This document shows, one piece after another, positions 1-9,643 of a DNA stretch of 64,000 nt. A program made the translations under genes and the position numbers. A model generated the notes under the pieces. That model saw only the letters and a program-made list of their open reading frames with translations, did no database searches and was not told where the DNA came from. The stretch covers positions 11,579 through 75,578 of the forward strand of contig DYFR01000018.1 of the NCBI GenBank assembly GCA_020725115.1. The letters run 5' to 3'. Source of the DNA: Thiohalomonas denitrificans (GTDB lineage Bacteria; Pseudomonadota; Gammaproteobacteria; Thiohalomonadales; Thiohalomonadaceae). How positions within the stretch are numbered: position 1 is the stretch's first letter; each line of letters opens with the position of its first letter.

Positions 1-161
1 CAGCCATGGGTGTGTCCCAGCACCGGCATCGCTACATCGATGTGCAGATGGCCATCGCTGACCGTGACATCGCTGCTTGCCGCACCGTAGCGCACCACGG
101 CAAAGGTGGTGGCGTCGGTCGCTGTCGGGGTAGTGCTGTATCGAACGCTCAGGGGCGGCAT
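1..161 (-). CDS. hypothetical protein, N-terminal part only (gene runs off the left edge)
   Basis: ATG at 161 on the minus strand gives MPPLSVRYSTTPTATDATTFAVVRYGAASSDVTVSDGHLHIDVAMPVLGHTHG... Third codon positions are strongly G/C, unlike the + strand ORF 6..221. It is too short for the ORF track and has no clear SD. Confidence 0.3.
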   Translation of the reverse strand, partial: MPPLSVRYSTTPTATDATTFAVVRYGAASSDVTVSDGHLHIDVAMPVLGHTHG

Positions 162-302
162 CAGACGGCAGACTGGAGGAAAGGCGGGCTTAGATTGAGT
201 TCGGAGCTGGAGTATATATAATTCCCCGACTGCACTCCAGGCTATCTCCCGTGGGGTGCTGCGACTCTCTATCTCAGGAATGCAACAGGAAGGATGGTAC
301 AC

Positions 303-572
303 ATGTCCGAGCTGACCCCGGTGGAACTCGAAGTGGGGCAACTGATTATCGATACCCTGAATCTGGAGGATATCGCGGCTGCCGACATCGAGGCGGAGGC
401 ACCGCTGTTCCGCGAGGGGCTGGGACTGGACTCCATCGATGCGCTGGAGCTGGCGCTGGCCATCTCGAGGCAGTACGGTTTTCAGTTGCGTTCCGATGAC
501 GAAAACAATGCGCGCATCTTTTCCTCCCTGCGCGCCCTTGCCGCGCACATCGCCGCCCACCACGTGAAATGA
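303..572 (+). CDS. acyl carrier protein (APE-type cluster)
   Basis: Phosphopantetheine attachment motif LGLDSIDALELA. The AGGAAGG SD fits the ATG at 303 better than the track start at 294. Confidence 0.85.
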   Translation: MSELTPVELEVGQLIIDTLNLEDIAAADIEAEAPLFREGLGLDSIDALELALAISRQYGFQLRSDDENNARIFSSLRALAAHIAAHHVK

Positions 573-1183
573 GCGTGGCGCGGCGCGCCTCCGTGCTGTT
601 GCTGGTCGCTTATCCCGTTGCCGTTCACTACGGCGTGATCACCACCGACTACAGTCCGGCCGTGCTCGTTCTGGCGGTCATCGCCGGCATGCTGGCCGGC
701 AATTGGCGCGGCAGTTTTCGCGTCTTGCACGCACTGGCCGCGGTGCTGCTGGTGATGCTGACGGCACTGGCGCTGGCCGACCGTTTTGCGCTGCTGCTGT
801 GGCCGCCTTTATTGATCTATTTTGGTTTGGCGGTGCTGTTTGCCCTGACTCTTCTGCCGGGGAGGCAGCCCCTGGTGACGCGTATCGCCACGTTGCTTGA
901 TGGTGAGCTGGATACGGCGGCGCTGCGCTACACCCGGCGGGTGACCGCGGCCTGGGCAGTGTTTCTGTGTCTGCTCGGCGCGGTCAGTTTGTTGCTGGCC
1001 TGCTGCGGCAGCCGCGAGCTGTGGTCGCTGTTCACCAATCTGTTGGGTTATATCCTTGTCCTCGGTTTCTTCCTGGCCGAATTTTCACTGCGTCGCCGCT
1101 GTCTGCCGCAATTGCCGCGGCGCAGTTTTGCCGGCTTCATGGCCGCAATGGCGCGCATCGATCCCCGGAGCTGGCGGCAGTGA
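569..1183 (+). CDS. integral membrane protein (ApeG-like position)
   Basis: Several hydrophobic helices. ATGA overlap with the ACP stop. High GC3. Confidence 0.65.
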   Translation: MSVARRASVLLLVAYPVAVHYGVITTDYSPAVLVLAVIAGMLAGNWRGSFRVLHALAAVLLVMLTALALADRFALLLWPPLLIYFGLAVLFALTLLPGRQPLVTRIATLLDGELDTAALRYTRRVTAAWAVFLCLLGAVSLLLACCGSRELWSLFTNLLGYILVLGFFLAEFSLRRRCLPQLPRRSFAGFMAAMARIDPRSWRQ

Positions 1184-2523
1184 AGGACGAGACGCTGCTG
1201 CCGCTGACGCTGCATGCGCCGCAGGACATCGTCGCCTGGCATCAGGGTCAGCCGATCCGTTGCGTGGAGTTCCTCGCCCAGGCTGCGGCGCTGGCGGCAA
1301 CGCTGCCGGCTGCCCGGCACGCGGTGAATCTGTGCGAGGATCGCTATCTGTTCATGCTGGCCTTTGCCGCCCTGCTGCTGCGTGGTCAGGTGAATCTGCT
1401 GCCGCCCAATCGCGCATCACACGTGGTGGAAGAGGTTGCCGCCGCATTTCCCGATAGTTACTGCCTGGTGGAGCGGCCGCAGGCCGATCTTGCGGTGGCA
1501 CAACATGCGGTGAATCTGGCACTGCCGTCGCTGGCCGTGGTGGCGCCGGCATTGATTCCGGCGGCGCAACTGGCGGCGATCATCTTCACCTCGGGCAGCA
1601 CCGGTACGCCGCGTCCCCACTGCAAATACTGGGGCGATCTGGTGCGTGGTGCAGCACGGGCGCGGGAGCGTTTTGTGCTGGAACACTATGTCGGCGGCAC
1701 CATTGTCGCTACCGTGCCGCCGCAGCACATGTACGGCCTCGAATCCACCATTCTGTACCCGTTGTTGAGCGGTCTTGCCGTGCATGGTGGGCGACCGTTC
1801 TTTCCGGAGGATCTGCGGCAGGCATTGAATGAGGTGGCTGTGCCACGCGTATTGGTGACCACGCCGGTGCACCTGCGCGCCTGCGTCGCTGCGGGCCTGT
1901 CGTGGCCGGATGTTTCCTTGATCATCAGCGCTACCGCGCCGCTGTCCGCCGAGCTGGCGGCAGCGGCGGAGCAAGCCTTCAGCTGCGAGGTGCGCGAGGT
2001 GTACGGTTGCACGGAAACCGGCGCCATTGCCAGCCGGCGCACGCTGGATGGCCCGCGCTGGTACCCCTATACCGGCGTGCAGCTGCACTGCAGCGAAGGG
2101 CGCTGCAAGGCTGTGGCCGATTTCCTGCACGAGCCGACGCCGTTGAACGACGTCATTGAACAGCATGCGGATGGTTTCATTCTGCTTGGTCGTGACAGTG
2201 ACATGGTGAACATCGGCGGCAAGCGCGCCTCGCTGGGCGATCTCAATCAACGCCTGTTGTCCATCCCGGGTGTGCAGGATGCGGCGCTGTTGCTGCTCGA
2301 TGCGGATAGCGAACGTGGTGGGCGTCTGTGCGCGCTGGTGGTGGCGCCGCAATTGACGGAGCAGACCATACTCGATGCCTTGCGGCTGCGTATGGACGAG
2401 GTGTTCCTGCCGCGACCGTTGTATCGTGTGGCGCGGCTGCCGCGTAACGACACCGGAAAACTTCCGCGTGGAGAACTGCTTGCCCTGTTGGAGCGGCTGA
2501 GGACGGGTGATGGACTACAGTGA
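1180..2523 (+). CDS. AMP-dependent synthetase/ligase (acyl/aryl-ACP ligase)
   Basis: AMP-binding motif IIFTSGSTGTPRPH. The GTG at 1180 forms a GTGA overlap with the upstream stop. Track ORF 967..2523 overlaps the previous gene in another frame. Confidence 0.85.
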   Translation: MKDETLLPLTLHAPQDIVAWHQGQPIRCVEFLAQAAALAATLPAARHAVNLCEDRYLFMLAFAALLLRGQVNLLPPNRASHVVEEVAAAFPDSYCLVERPQADLAVAQHAVNLALPSLAVVAPALIPAAQLAAIIFTSGSTGTPRPHCKYWGDLVRGAARARERFVLEHYVGGTIVATVPPQHMYGLESTILYPLLSGLAVHGGRPFFPEDLRQALNEVAVPRVLVTTPVHLRACVAAGLSWPDVSLIISATAPLSAELAAAAEQAFSCEVREVYGCTETGAIASRRTLDGPRWYPYTGVQLHCSEGRCKAVADFLHEPTPLNDVIEQHADGFILLGRDSDMVNIGGKRASLGDLNQRLLSIPGVQDAALLLLDADSERGGRLCALVVAPQLTEQTILDALRLRMDEVFLPRPLYRVARLPRNDTGKLPRGELLALLERLRTGDGLQ

Positions 2524-2809
2524 AGAGAGCATTATCGACGCCGCGCACCCGGCCTTGCCGGGGCATTTCCCGGGACAGCCCATCGTGCCCGGCGTTGTAT
2601 TGCTGGAACAGGTGTTGCGTGCAGCCACCCGCGCAGGCATCGATGCGATGGTGAATCTGCTGCCGCAGGTAAAGTTTAGTGAGCCGCTATTGCCGGCACA
2701 GCCGTTCACCATCCGCCTGCGCAGCGACCGCCCCGAGCGCTGGCGGTTCGAGTGTGTGCGCGAAGGGCGGCTGATTGCCTCCGGCCTGCTGCAAGCGGAA
2801 TCGACATGA
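2507..2809 (+). CDS. hotdog-fold dehydratase (FabA/FabZ-like)
   Basis: HFPGQPIVPGVVLLE motif. Small hotdog-sized protein inside the FAS-like cluster. Confidence 0.7.
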   Translation: MMDYSEESIIDAAHPALPGHFPGQPIVPGVVLLEQVLRAATRAGIDAMVNLLPQVKFSEPLLPAQPFTIRLRSDRPERWRFECVREGRLIASGLLQAEST

Positions 2810-3702
2810 CGGCGGCCCACTGGCAGACGCAGCACGAGCGTGGTTCCCCCTGGGCACTGCGGCTGATCCTGTGGATTGCATTGCGCCTCGGCCGCGCTGC
2901 GGCGCGCCTGCTGCTCTATCCCATCACGTTGTATTTCTTTCTCAACGGCCGCACCGCTCGCGAGGCGTCGTACCATTACCTGGCGCGCGTGTTTGGTCGC
3001 CCGCCGAGCCTGGGCGAGCGGCTGCGCCACATACACTGCTTTTCCGCCACCATCCTCGATCGGGTATTTTTTCTCAGCGGTCAGTTCGATCGTTTCGATG
3101 TGCGCGTGCATGGCGCCGAAGTGATTGAGACGCAGGCCGACAGTGGCCAGGGCTGTCTGCTGCTCAGTGCCCATATGGGCAGCTTCGATGCCCTGCGTGC
3201 ACTCGGCGTGGATCAACGCCAGCTGCCCATCAAGATACTGATGTTTCCCGATCACAACGGTTTCATCACGGCGCTGCTGCATACCTTGAATCCATCCCTG
3301 CTCGACACCGTGATCCCCCTCGGCGGCATCGACACCCTGTTACAGGTGCAGGAGGTGGTGGCGCGAGGCGAGATGGTCGGCATGCTGGGCGATCGGGTGG
3401 GCGAGGGCGGCAAGACCGTGCCGTGCCGCTTTCTCGGTGCCGAGGCCCCGTTTCCCGTCGGCGCGGCGCAACTGGCGGCGGTGCTGCATGTGCCGGTGAT
3501 CCTGGTGTTCGGCCTGTATCGCGGCGGCAATCGCTATGATCTGCACTTCGAGCGTTTCGATGCGACGCTGCCGCAAAATCGGCGTGAGCGCGAGGCGGCA
3601 CTGGGCGCGTGGACCCAGGCCTATGCGGCGCGGCTGGAGCATTATGTGCGCAGCGCGCCCTGCAACTGGTTCAATTTCTATGACTTCTGGCGGCAGGGTT
3701 AA
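2806..3702 (+). CDS. lysophospholipid/lipid A-type acyltransferase (LPLAT, LpxL/HtrB-like)
   Basis: HX4D motif (HMGSFD). ATGA overlap at 2806-2809. The track start 2752 overlaps the upstream gene. Confidence 0.75.
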   Translation: MTAAHWQTQHERGSPWALRLILWIALRLGRAAARLLLYPITLYFFLNGRTAREASYHYLARVFGRPPSLGERLRHIHCFSATILDRVFFLSGQFDRFDVRVHGAEVIETQADSGQGCLLLSAHMGSFDALRALGVDQRQLPIKILMFPDHNGFITALLHTLNPSLLDTVIPLGGIDTLLQVQEVVARGEMVGMLGDRVGEGGKTVPCRFLGAEAPFPVGAAQLAAVLHVPVILVFGLYRGGNRYDLHFERFDATLPQNRREREAALGAWTQAYAARLEHYVRSAPCNWFNFYDFWRQG

Positions 3703-4249
3703 GGTTCTCCTCGTACTGTGGGCCCTGTTGCCGCTGCCTGCAGCGGCACAGTGGGATGCCGCGCAGCTGCTGGCGGCGCTGGCCCGCGCCGTGCCCGAGC
3801 GTATCGCCTATAGCGAAACGCGCCGCCTGGCCTATCTTGATGTGCCCCTCACCACCAGCGGTGAACTGGAATTCCGCCCGCCCGACTGGTTGCGGCGCAG
3901 CGTGCAGGGCAGCGGTGAGAGCTATGTCATTGCCGGCGATGCGGTGCGCATCGAAGGCAGCGGCGGCGGCCGCGAGATTCCGCTCGACATGCACCCGGCG
4001 CTGCGCGCCTTTGCCGAATCCCTGCGTGCCACGCTGGCCGGTGATCTGCCGCGGCTGCAACGCTACTTCATCGTCGAACTGCAGGGCAGCGAACCGGCCT
4101 GGCGCCTGCAACTGCGGCCGCGTGACGCCAGTGTGGCCAGTGTGATCCAGTCCATCGAACTGAGCGGCGATGGTGCGACGCTGCGGCGCATCGAAACGCG
4201 CGAGGCCGGCGGCGACCTTACCGTCACCGAACTCAAGGACGGCCGATGA
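3680..4249 (+). CDS. LolA-like outer-membrane lipoprotein carrier domain protein
   Basis: Signal peptide KVLLVLWALLPLPAAAQW after the ATG at 3680. Size and context next to an MMPL exporter match APE clusters. Confidence 0.6.
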   Translation: MTSGGRVKVLLVLWALLPLPAAAQWDAAQLLAALARAVPERIAYSETRRLAYLDVPLTTSGELEFRPPDWLRRSVQGSGESYVIAGDAVRIEGSGGGREIPLDMHPALRAFAESLRATLAGDLPRLQRYFIVELQGSEPAWRLQLRPRDASVASVIQSIELSGDGATLRRIETREAGGDLTVTELKDGR

Positions 4250-6510
4250 AGGCGCGTCTGCCCTTGTGGCTGTGGCTCGCCCTGCTCGCTGTCGGCGCGT
4301 TCTACAGTCTCACGCGCGTCAGCGTGGTGAGCGACATGGCGGCGTTCCTGCCGCGCGGGGAGGGGCTGGAGCAGGCCCTGCTGCTGGATGCATTGCGCGA
4401 GGGACCGGCGGCACGCCTGATCATCGTTGCCCTCGGCGGCACCGAGGATACGGTGCGACTGGCTACAGCCAGTCGCGCAATGGCGGATCGCCTGCGCGAC
4501 GATACACGTTTTCTGCGTGTCGCCAACGGCCCGTCGGCCCTGCCGGCGGCAGAGCAGGAGCGCTGGTTCGCCCATCGCTATCTGCTGGCACCGCTGCCGC
4601 CCGAGGCATTTACCGCCGACGGCCTGCGCACGGAGATGGAGGCACGCCTGCGCGAGTTGTCGGCGCCGTTGCCGCCGCTGGACAAGGCGCGCCTGCCGGC
4701 CGATCCGCAGGCGGTATTCCGCCGTGTACTCGCCGCCTGGCAGGAGGGAAACACGCCGCCATTGCAGCACGGCGTATGGTTCGATGCCGCGGGGCGGCAG
4801 GCGCTGCTGTTGCTGGAGACCCGTGCCGGCGGCTTCGATCTCGATGCGCAGGAGGCGGCGCGCGCGGCGATCGTCGCCGCGGTGGAGGCGGGGGTGAGCG
4901 TTGAACTCAGCGGCCCCGGCATCATTGCCGCGGCCTCGCGCGACATCATCCGCAGCGAGGTGCAGTGGCTGAGCGCCCTGGCGACGCTGGCGCTGCTGGC
5001 GATCCTTCTCATCGCCTATCGCAGCCCACGCCTTTTGTTGTTGAGCGCCTTGCCGCTCGTGGCGGGTATCGTTGCCGCGGTGACGATGACCGGGCTGGTA
5101 TTCGGCAGCCTGCACGGCATCACCCTGGCCTTCGGCATCACCCTGCTCGGTGTCGCCATCGACTATCCGTTGCACCTGTTTTCCCATCTGCACGGCGGCG
5201 AGGCGCCGCGTCACACGCTGCGACGCATCTGGCCCACGTTGCGTCTCGGCGTGGCGAGCAGCGCCGTCGGTTATCTGGCCATGGCGGCCAGCCCCTTTGC
5301 CGGCCTGGCGCAACTGGCCGTGTTTACCGTGAGCGGCCTGGTGGCCGCCGCGCTCACGGTGCGCTGGGTGTTGCCGTTGCTGTTGCCGGCGGCGCCGGCG
5401 ATGCGGCTGCTGCCGTTCGCCGCCGGTGGCGCCGGACGCGGCCTGTGGACGCTGCCGCTGTTGCTGCTGCCGGCGCTGGCCTATCTGCTGCTGACGCCGC
5501 GGTCGCTGCTGGAGACCGAGCTGTCCGCCCTGAGTCCGGTGCCGCCGGCCTGGCGCGCGCTGGATGAGCGCCTGCGCCAGGCAGTGGGGGCGCCGGATGT
5601 GAGCCGTCTGTTGCTGTTGCAGGGGCGCAGCGCCGAGGAGGTGTTGCAGCGCAGCGAGGTGCTGGCCGCTGCGCTGGATGCGTTGCGTACCGACGGCATC
5701 ATCGGCGGCTATCGTCTGCCGTCGCAGTATCTGTCTGCGGCGACGACCCAAAGTGCGCGGGCTGCGGCTCTGCCCGATCCTGTCCCGCTGGTGGCGGCAG
5801 TGGAAACGGCACGGCAGGGTCTACCGTTCCGTGCCGGGCTGTTCGAGCCCTTTTTGCGCGACGTGGAGGCCAGTCGTGCACTGGCACCGCTGACGCCATC
5901 CGCTGTCGCCGATACCGTGGTCGGTACGCGACTGAGTGCGCTGTTGCGACCGCACGGCGACGGCTGGCTCGGCCTGGTACCGCTGTATGCCGTACAGGAC
6001 GAGGCGGCGCTGTTGCACTGGACCGCCCAGGCGGCACCCGCGGTGCAATATCTCAACCTGCGCCTGGCGGCGGATCAGATGGTGGAGCGCTTTCTGCGCG
6101 GGGCGGGGGGCTATCTGCTGGCCGGTGTGGTGCTGATCCTGCTGCTGCTCGGTGCGGGCCTGCGCGATGCGGCACGGCTGGCACGCGTGGTGTTGCCGGT
6201 GCTGACCGCGCTGGCACTGACCGCGGCGCTACTGCATGTCCTGGGTGCGCAGCTGTCGCTGTTCCATCTGGTGGCCCTGTTGCTGGTGCTGGGGCTGGGC
6301 ATCGACTACGGCCTGTTCTTCGCGCGCCCCGTCGCAGCGGAAGAATACGCCCGCACCGGCCACGCGGTAACCGTGTGCGCTATCTCCACCGCCAGTGTGT
6401 TTGGTATCCTCGCGCTCTCGCAGATACCGGTATTGCACGCCATCGGCAGCACCGTCGCCCTCGGGGTGGTGCTCAGTTACGGATTTGCCCGTTTGGTGCG
6501 GACAACATAG
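4246..6510 (+). CDS. MMPL/RND-superfamily membrane exporter
   Basis: 754 aa with two blocks of about six TM helices separated by soluble loops. ATGA overlap with the upstream gene. Confidence 0.8.
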   Translation: MKARLPLWLWLALLAVGAFYSLTRVSVVSDMAAFLPRGEGLEQALLLDALREGPAARLIIVALGGTEDTVRLATASRAMADRLRDDTRFLRVANGPSALPAAEQERWFAHRYLLAPLPPEAFTADGLRTEMEARLRELSAPLPPLDKARLPADPQAVFRRVLAAWQEGNTPPLQHGVWFDAAGRQALLLLETRAGGFDLDAQEAARAAIVAAVEAGVSVELSGPGIIAAASRDIIRSEVQWLSALATLALLAILLIAYRSPRLLLLSALPLVAGIVAAVTMTGLVFGSLHGITLAFGITLLGVAIDYPLHLFSHLHGGEAPRHTLRRIWPTLRLGVASSAVGYLAMAASPFAGLAQLAVFTVSGLVAAALTVRWVLPLLLPAAPAMRLLPFAAGGAGRGLWTLPLLLLPALAYLLLTPRSLLETELSALSPVPPAWRALDERLRQAVGAPDVSRLLLLQGRSAEEVLQRSEVLAAALDALRTDGIIGGYRLPSQYLSAATTQSARAAALPDPVPLVAAVETARQGLPFRAGLFEPFLRDVEASRALAPLTPSAVADTVVGTRLSALLRPHGDGWLGLVPLYAVQDEAALLHWTAQAAPAVQYLNLRLAADQMVERFLRGAGGYLLAGVVLILLLLGAGLRDAARLARVVLPVLTALALTAALLHVLGAQLSLFHLVALLLVLGLGIDYGLFFARPVAAEEYARTGHAVTVCAISTASVFGILALSQIPVLHAIGSTVALGVVLSYGFARLVRTT

Positions 6511-6517
6511 GAAGACC

Positions 6518-7702
6518 ATGCCCTTCGAACCTCTGGCCCTTGCGGCCTACAGCACGGTCAGTGCCCTCGGCCGTGGTCGCGGCACGGCGCTGGATGCCCT
6601 GTTGCAGGGGCGCAGCGGTCTGCGCCCGTGTGATTATGACGGCGTGGATATCGAAACCTGGATCGGGCGCGTCGATGGCATCGAGGATGTGGTGTTGCCT
6701 GCGGCGCTGAAGCCGTTCGATTGCCGCAACAATCGTCTGGCGCTGCTCGGTCTGGAGAGTGACGGCTTTGCGAGTGCCGTGGCGGCGGCGCGGGCGCGCT
6801 ACGGCGCGGCGCGCATCGGCGTATTTCTCGGCACCAGCACCTCGGGCATCGAGGCCACCGAGCAGGCCTACCGGCAGCGCGGCGCCAGCGACGGGGCGCT
6901 GCCGGCCGGGTTTGATTACCGCCACACCCACAACACCTTTTCCGTGGCCGACTTCACCCGCCGTTATCTCGGCCTGGAGGGGCCGGCGCAGGTGATCTCC
7001 ACGGCCTGTTCCTCCAGCGCCAAGGTGTTCGCCGCCGCCAGCCGCCACATCCGCGCCGGCTGGTGCGATGCCGCGGTAGTGGGCGGTGTGGACAGCCTGT
7101 GTCTCACCACGCTGTATGGCTTCAATGCCCTCGAACTGGTGTCGCGCCGGCCCTGTCGTCCATGGGACGCCGCGCGTGACGGCATCAACATCGGTGAGGC
7201 CGCCGGCTTCGCCCTGCTGGAGCGCGAGGGGGAAGGTGTGCGTCTGCTCGGCTACGGCGAGAGCAGCGACGCCTATCACATGTCCACGCCGCACCCCGAA
7301 GGGGAGGGGGCGCTGCTGGCGATGCAGGGGGCGTTGCACTGCGCTGGACTCGCACCGCAGCAGATCGATTACATCAACCTGCACGGTACCGCCACGCCCT
7401 CCAACGACCGCGCCGAAGATCGTGCGGTGACGCGGCTGTTCGACGGCAGCGTACCGTGCAGCTCCACCAAGGGCTGGACCGGACACACGCTGGGCGCGGC
7501 CGGTATCACCGAGGCCCTCTTCTGTGCGCTCGCCATCGAGGAGGGCCTGGTGCCCGCCAGCCTCAATACCGAACAACTCGATCCCGGGCTGTCCGCCCCC
7601 ATCGTGCGCACGACGCTGCGGCAACCGGTGCGGGTTGCGATGACCAACTCCTTCGGCTTCGGCGGCAGCAACTGCGCCCTGCTCCTGGGGCAGCCGGCAT
7701 GA
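6518..7702 (+). CDS. beta-ketoacyl-ACP synthase (KAS I/II family)
   Basis: Active-site Cys in TACSSS, with HGTATPSND and GHTLGAAG His motifs and C-terminal NSFGFGGSN. ATG at 6518 follows the MMPL stop. Confidence 0.9.
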   Translation: MPFEPLALAAYSTVSALGRGRGTALDALLQGRSGLRPCDYDGVDIETWIGRVDGIEDVVLPAALKPFDCRNNRLALLGLESDGFASAVAAARARYGAARIGVFLGTSTSGIEATEQAYRQRGASDGALPAGFDYRHTHNTFSVADFTRRYLGLEGPAQVISTACSSSAKVFAAASRHIRAGWCDAAVVGGVDSLCLTTLYGFNALELVSRRPCRPWDAARDGINIGEAAGFALLEREGEGVRLLGYGESSDAYHMSTPHPEGEGALLAMQGALHCAGLAPQQIDYINLHGTATPSNDRAEDRAVTRLFDGSVPCSSTKGWTGHTLGAAGITEALFCALAIEEGLVPASLNTEQLDPGLSAPIVRTTLRQPVRVAMTNSFGFGGSNCALLLGQPA

Positions 7703-8487
7703 TGCGCGTGAATGTGGAGAGCATCGGTCTGATCGCCGCCGGCATGACCGGCTGGGAGGCGGCGCGGCCGGTGTTGCGCGGTGAGGTGGAACTGGATGCT
7801 GCGGTCGTGCCGGCCTTCAAGCCCAACCTTTTGCCCCCCAACGAACGGCGTCGCACCACGGCGCTGATCAAGCTGGCCCTGCAGACGGCGGAGGATGCGC
7901 TGGCGCGCAGCCGCTACGGCATGAGTGAGCTCGCCTCGGTGTTCGCCTCGGCCGAGGGCGACGGCGAGATCGTGGATCGCATCTGCACGGCGTTGACCCT
8001 GCCCGGTCATCCTGTGTCGCCGACCCATTTCCACAATTCGGTACACAACGCCCCGGCCGGCTACTGGGCCATCGCCGCCGGCTCGCGCAAGTTTTCCACC
8101 AGCCTGGCGGCGGGCGCAGCCACCTTCGCTGCCGGCCTGCTGGAGGCGGCGAGCGTGGCGGTGCTGGAACGGGAGCCGGTGTTGTTGCTGGCCTACGATT
8201 ATGCGCTGCCGCCGGCCCTGGCCGGGCGCGGTTACGTGGATGCAGTGTGCGGCGTCGCCCTGGTGCTCACGGCGGATGACGGTGCCGCCATGACGCGGCT
8301 AAGCCTTGAGATGCAGCCCGGCAGCGCGGTGCCTCCGCCGCTGCCGGCGGAGTTCGCAGCGTTGCGTGCACACAATCCCGCTGCCGTCGCCCTGCCGCTG
8401 TTGCAGGCCTTGGCACGCGGTGAATCCGCCACGCTGGGATTGCCATGTCATGAACACCTCACACTGCAGATCGGGATCGATGCATGA
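7699..8487 (+). CDS. KS-like partner lacking the active-site Cys (chain-length-factor-like)
   Basis: Thiolase-like length and context, with no CSS active-site motif. ATGA overlap at 7699-7702. Confidence 0.65.
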   Translation: MMRVNVESIGLIAAGMTGWEAARPVLRGEVELDAAVVPAFKPNLLPPNERRRTTALIKLALQTAEDALARSRYGMSELASVFASAEGDGEIVDRICTALTLPGHPVSPTHFHNSVHNAPAGYWAIAAGSRKFSTSLAAGAATFAAGLLEAASVAVLEREPVLLLAYDYALPPALAGRGYVDAVCGVALVLTADDGAAMTRLSLEMQPGSAVPPPLPAEFAALRAHNPAAVALPLLQALARGESATLGLPCHEHLTLQIGIDA

Positions 8488-8927
8488 GTGTGGAGCGCGA
8501 TGAACTCTGCGACCTCATTCCCCATGCCGGCAGCATGTGTCTGCTCGACCGCGTCGAGCAGTGGGATGAGGAGCGCATCGTGTGCAGCAGCCTGAGTCAC
8601 CGCCGTGCCGACAATCCGCTGCGCACTGCTGACGGTCTGGCCGCGGTACACGGTGTGGAGTACGGCGCCCAGGCCATGGCGGTGCATGGCGGCCTGCTGG
8701 CGCGCCGCGCCGGTGCGCGACTGCCTGCCGGCTATCTGGCGGCGCTGCGTGAGGTGCGTCTGCACACGGCGCGGCTGGATGAAGTGGACGGGGCGTTGCA
8801 GGTCACTGCGGTGCGCCTGATGGCGGAGGGTGGCAATCTGATGTACCGCATCGAGGTCAGGGGCGCGGGACGGGTACTGGTGGAGGCGCGGGTGACGGTG
8901 GCAGACATGAGCGGGAGAACGGCATGA
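8484..8927 (+). CDS. hotdog-fold dehydratase/thioesterase-like protein
   Basis: 147 aa with ATGA overlaps on both sides. Position between the KS pair and the reductase matches APE clusters. Confidence 0.6.
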   Translation: MSVERDELCDLIPHAGSMCLLDRVEQWDEERIVCSSLSHRRADNPLRTADGLAAVHGVEYGAQAMAVHGGLLARRAGARLPAGYLAALREVRLHTARLDEVDGALQVTAVRLMAEGGNLMYRIEVRGAGRVLVEARVTVADMSGRTA

Positions 8928-9643
8928 AGCGCGCACTGGTGACCGGCGGCAGCGGCGATATCGGCGCCGCCATCTGCCGCCGTCTGGCGGCGGAGGGGGT
9001 GGAGGTGCTGGTGCATGCCAACAGCCAACCGCAGCGCGCCGAGGTCGTATGCGAAGAAATCATCGCGGCCGGCGGCAAGGCCGCGGCGCTGGTGTTCGAC
9101 GTCACCGACGGGGCAAAGTGCCGGGAGATACTCGCTGCCGAGACCGGGCGCGCACCGATCCAGATCGTGATCAACAACGCCGGCCTGCACGACGACGCAC
9201 CGCTCGCCGGCATGTCGGAAGAGCAATGGCGGCGGGTGATCGATGTGTCGCTCAACGGCTTCTACAACGTCACCCAGCCGCTGCTGTTGCCGATGATGGC
9301 GACGCGCTGGGGACGCATCGTCAGCCTGTCGTCCATCGCCGGCGTGATGGGCAACCGTGGCCAGGCCAATTACGCCGCGGCCAAGGCCGGCTTGCACGGT
9401 GCCAGCAAGTCGCTGGCGCTGGAGCTGGCCTCGCGCGGCGTCACCGTCAACGTGGTGGCCCCGGGGATCATTGCCGGACGCATGACCGGACAGGTGTTCG
9501 ACAAGGACGCCATCAAGACCCTGGTGCCCATGAAACGCGCCGGTCAGCCGGAGGAAGTGGCCGACCTGGTGGCCTTTCTTGCCTCGGAGCGCGCCGGCTA
9601 CATCTCGGGCCAGGTCATCGGCATCAACGGGGCAATGGCATGA
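8924..9643 (+). CDS. fabG: 3-oxoacyl-ACP reductase (SDR)
   Basis: TGGSGDIGAAI NAD(P)-binding motif and catalytic YAAAKAG (YxxxK). Confidence 0.9.
   Translation: MKRALVTGGSGDIGAAICRRLAAEGVEVLVHANSQPQRAEVVCEEIIAAGGKAAALVFDVTDGAKCREILAAETGRAPIQIVINNAGLHDDAPLAGMSEEQWRRVIDVSLNGFYNVTQPLLLPMMATRWGRIVSLSSIAGVMGNRGQANYAAAKAGLHGASKSLALELASRGVTVNVVAPGIIAGRMTGQVFDKDAIKTLVPMKRAGQPEEVADLVAFLASERAGYISGQVIGINGAMA

Noticed and set aside
6-221. 71-aa plus-strand ORF at the left edge
   Set aside because: It has weak GC3 bias and no SD. The opposite strand has much better coding statistics and is reported instead as a low-confidence partial CDS.
967-1179. N-terminal extension of the AMP-ligase ORF; similar over-extensions at 2752, 3536, 6395, 7456, 9049, 10791, 33995, 39228 and 56777
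   Set aside because: The extensions overlap the preceding gene in another frame. Internal ATG/GTG codons give 4-nt overlaps or have proper SDs and signal peptides.
4063-5751. 562-aa minus-strand ORF, Arg/Gln/Gly-rich
   Set aside because: It is entirely antisense to the MMPL exporter gene, has low-complexity composition and no motifs. This is a typical shadow ORF of GC-rich DNA.
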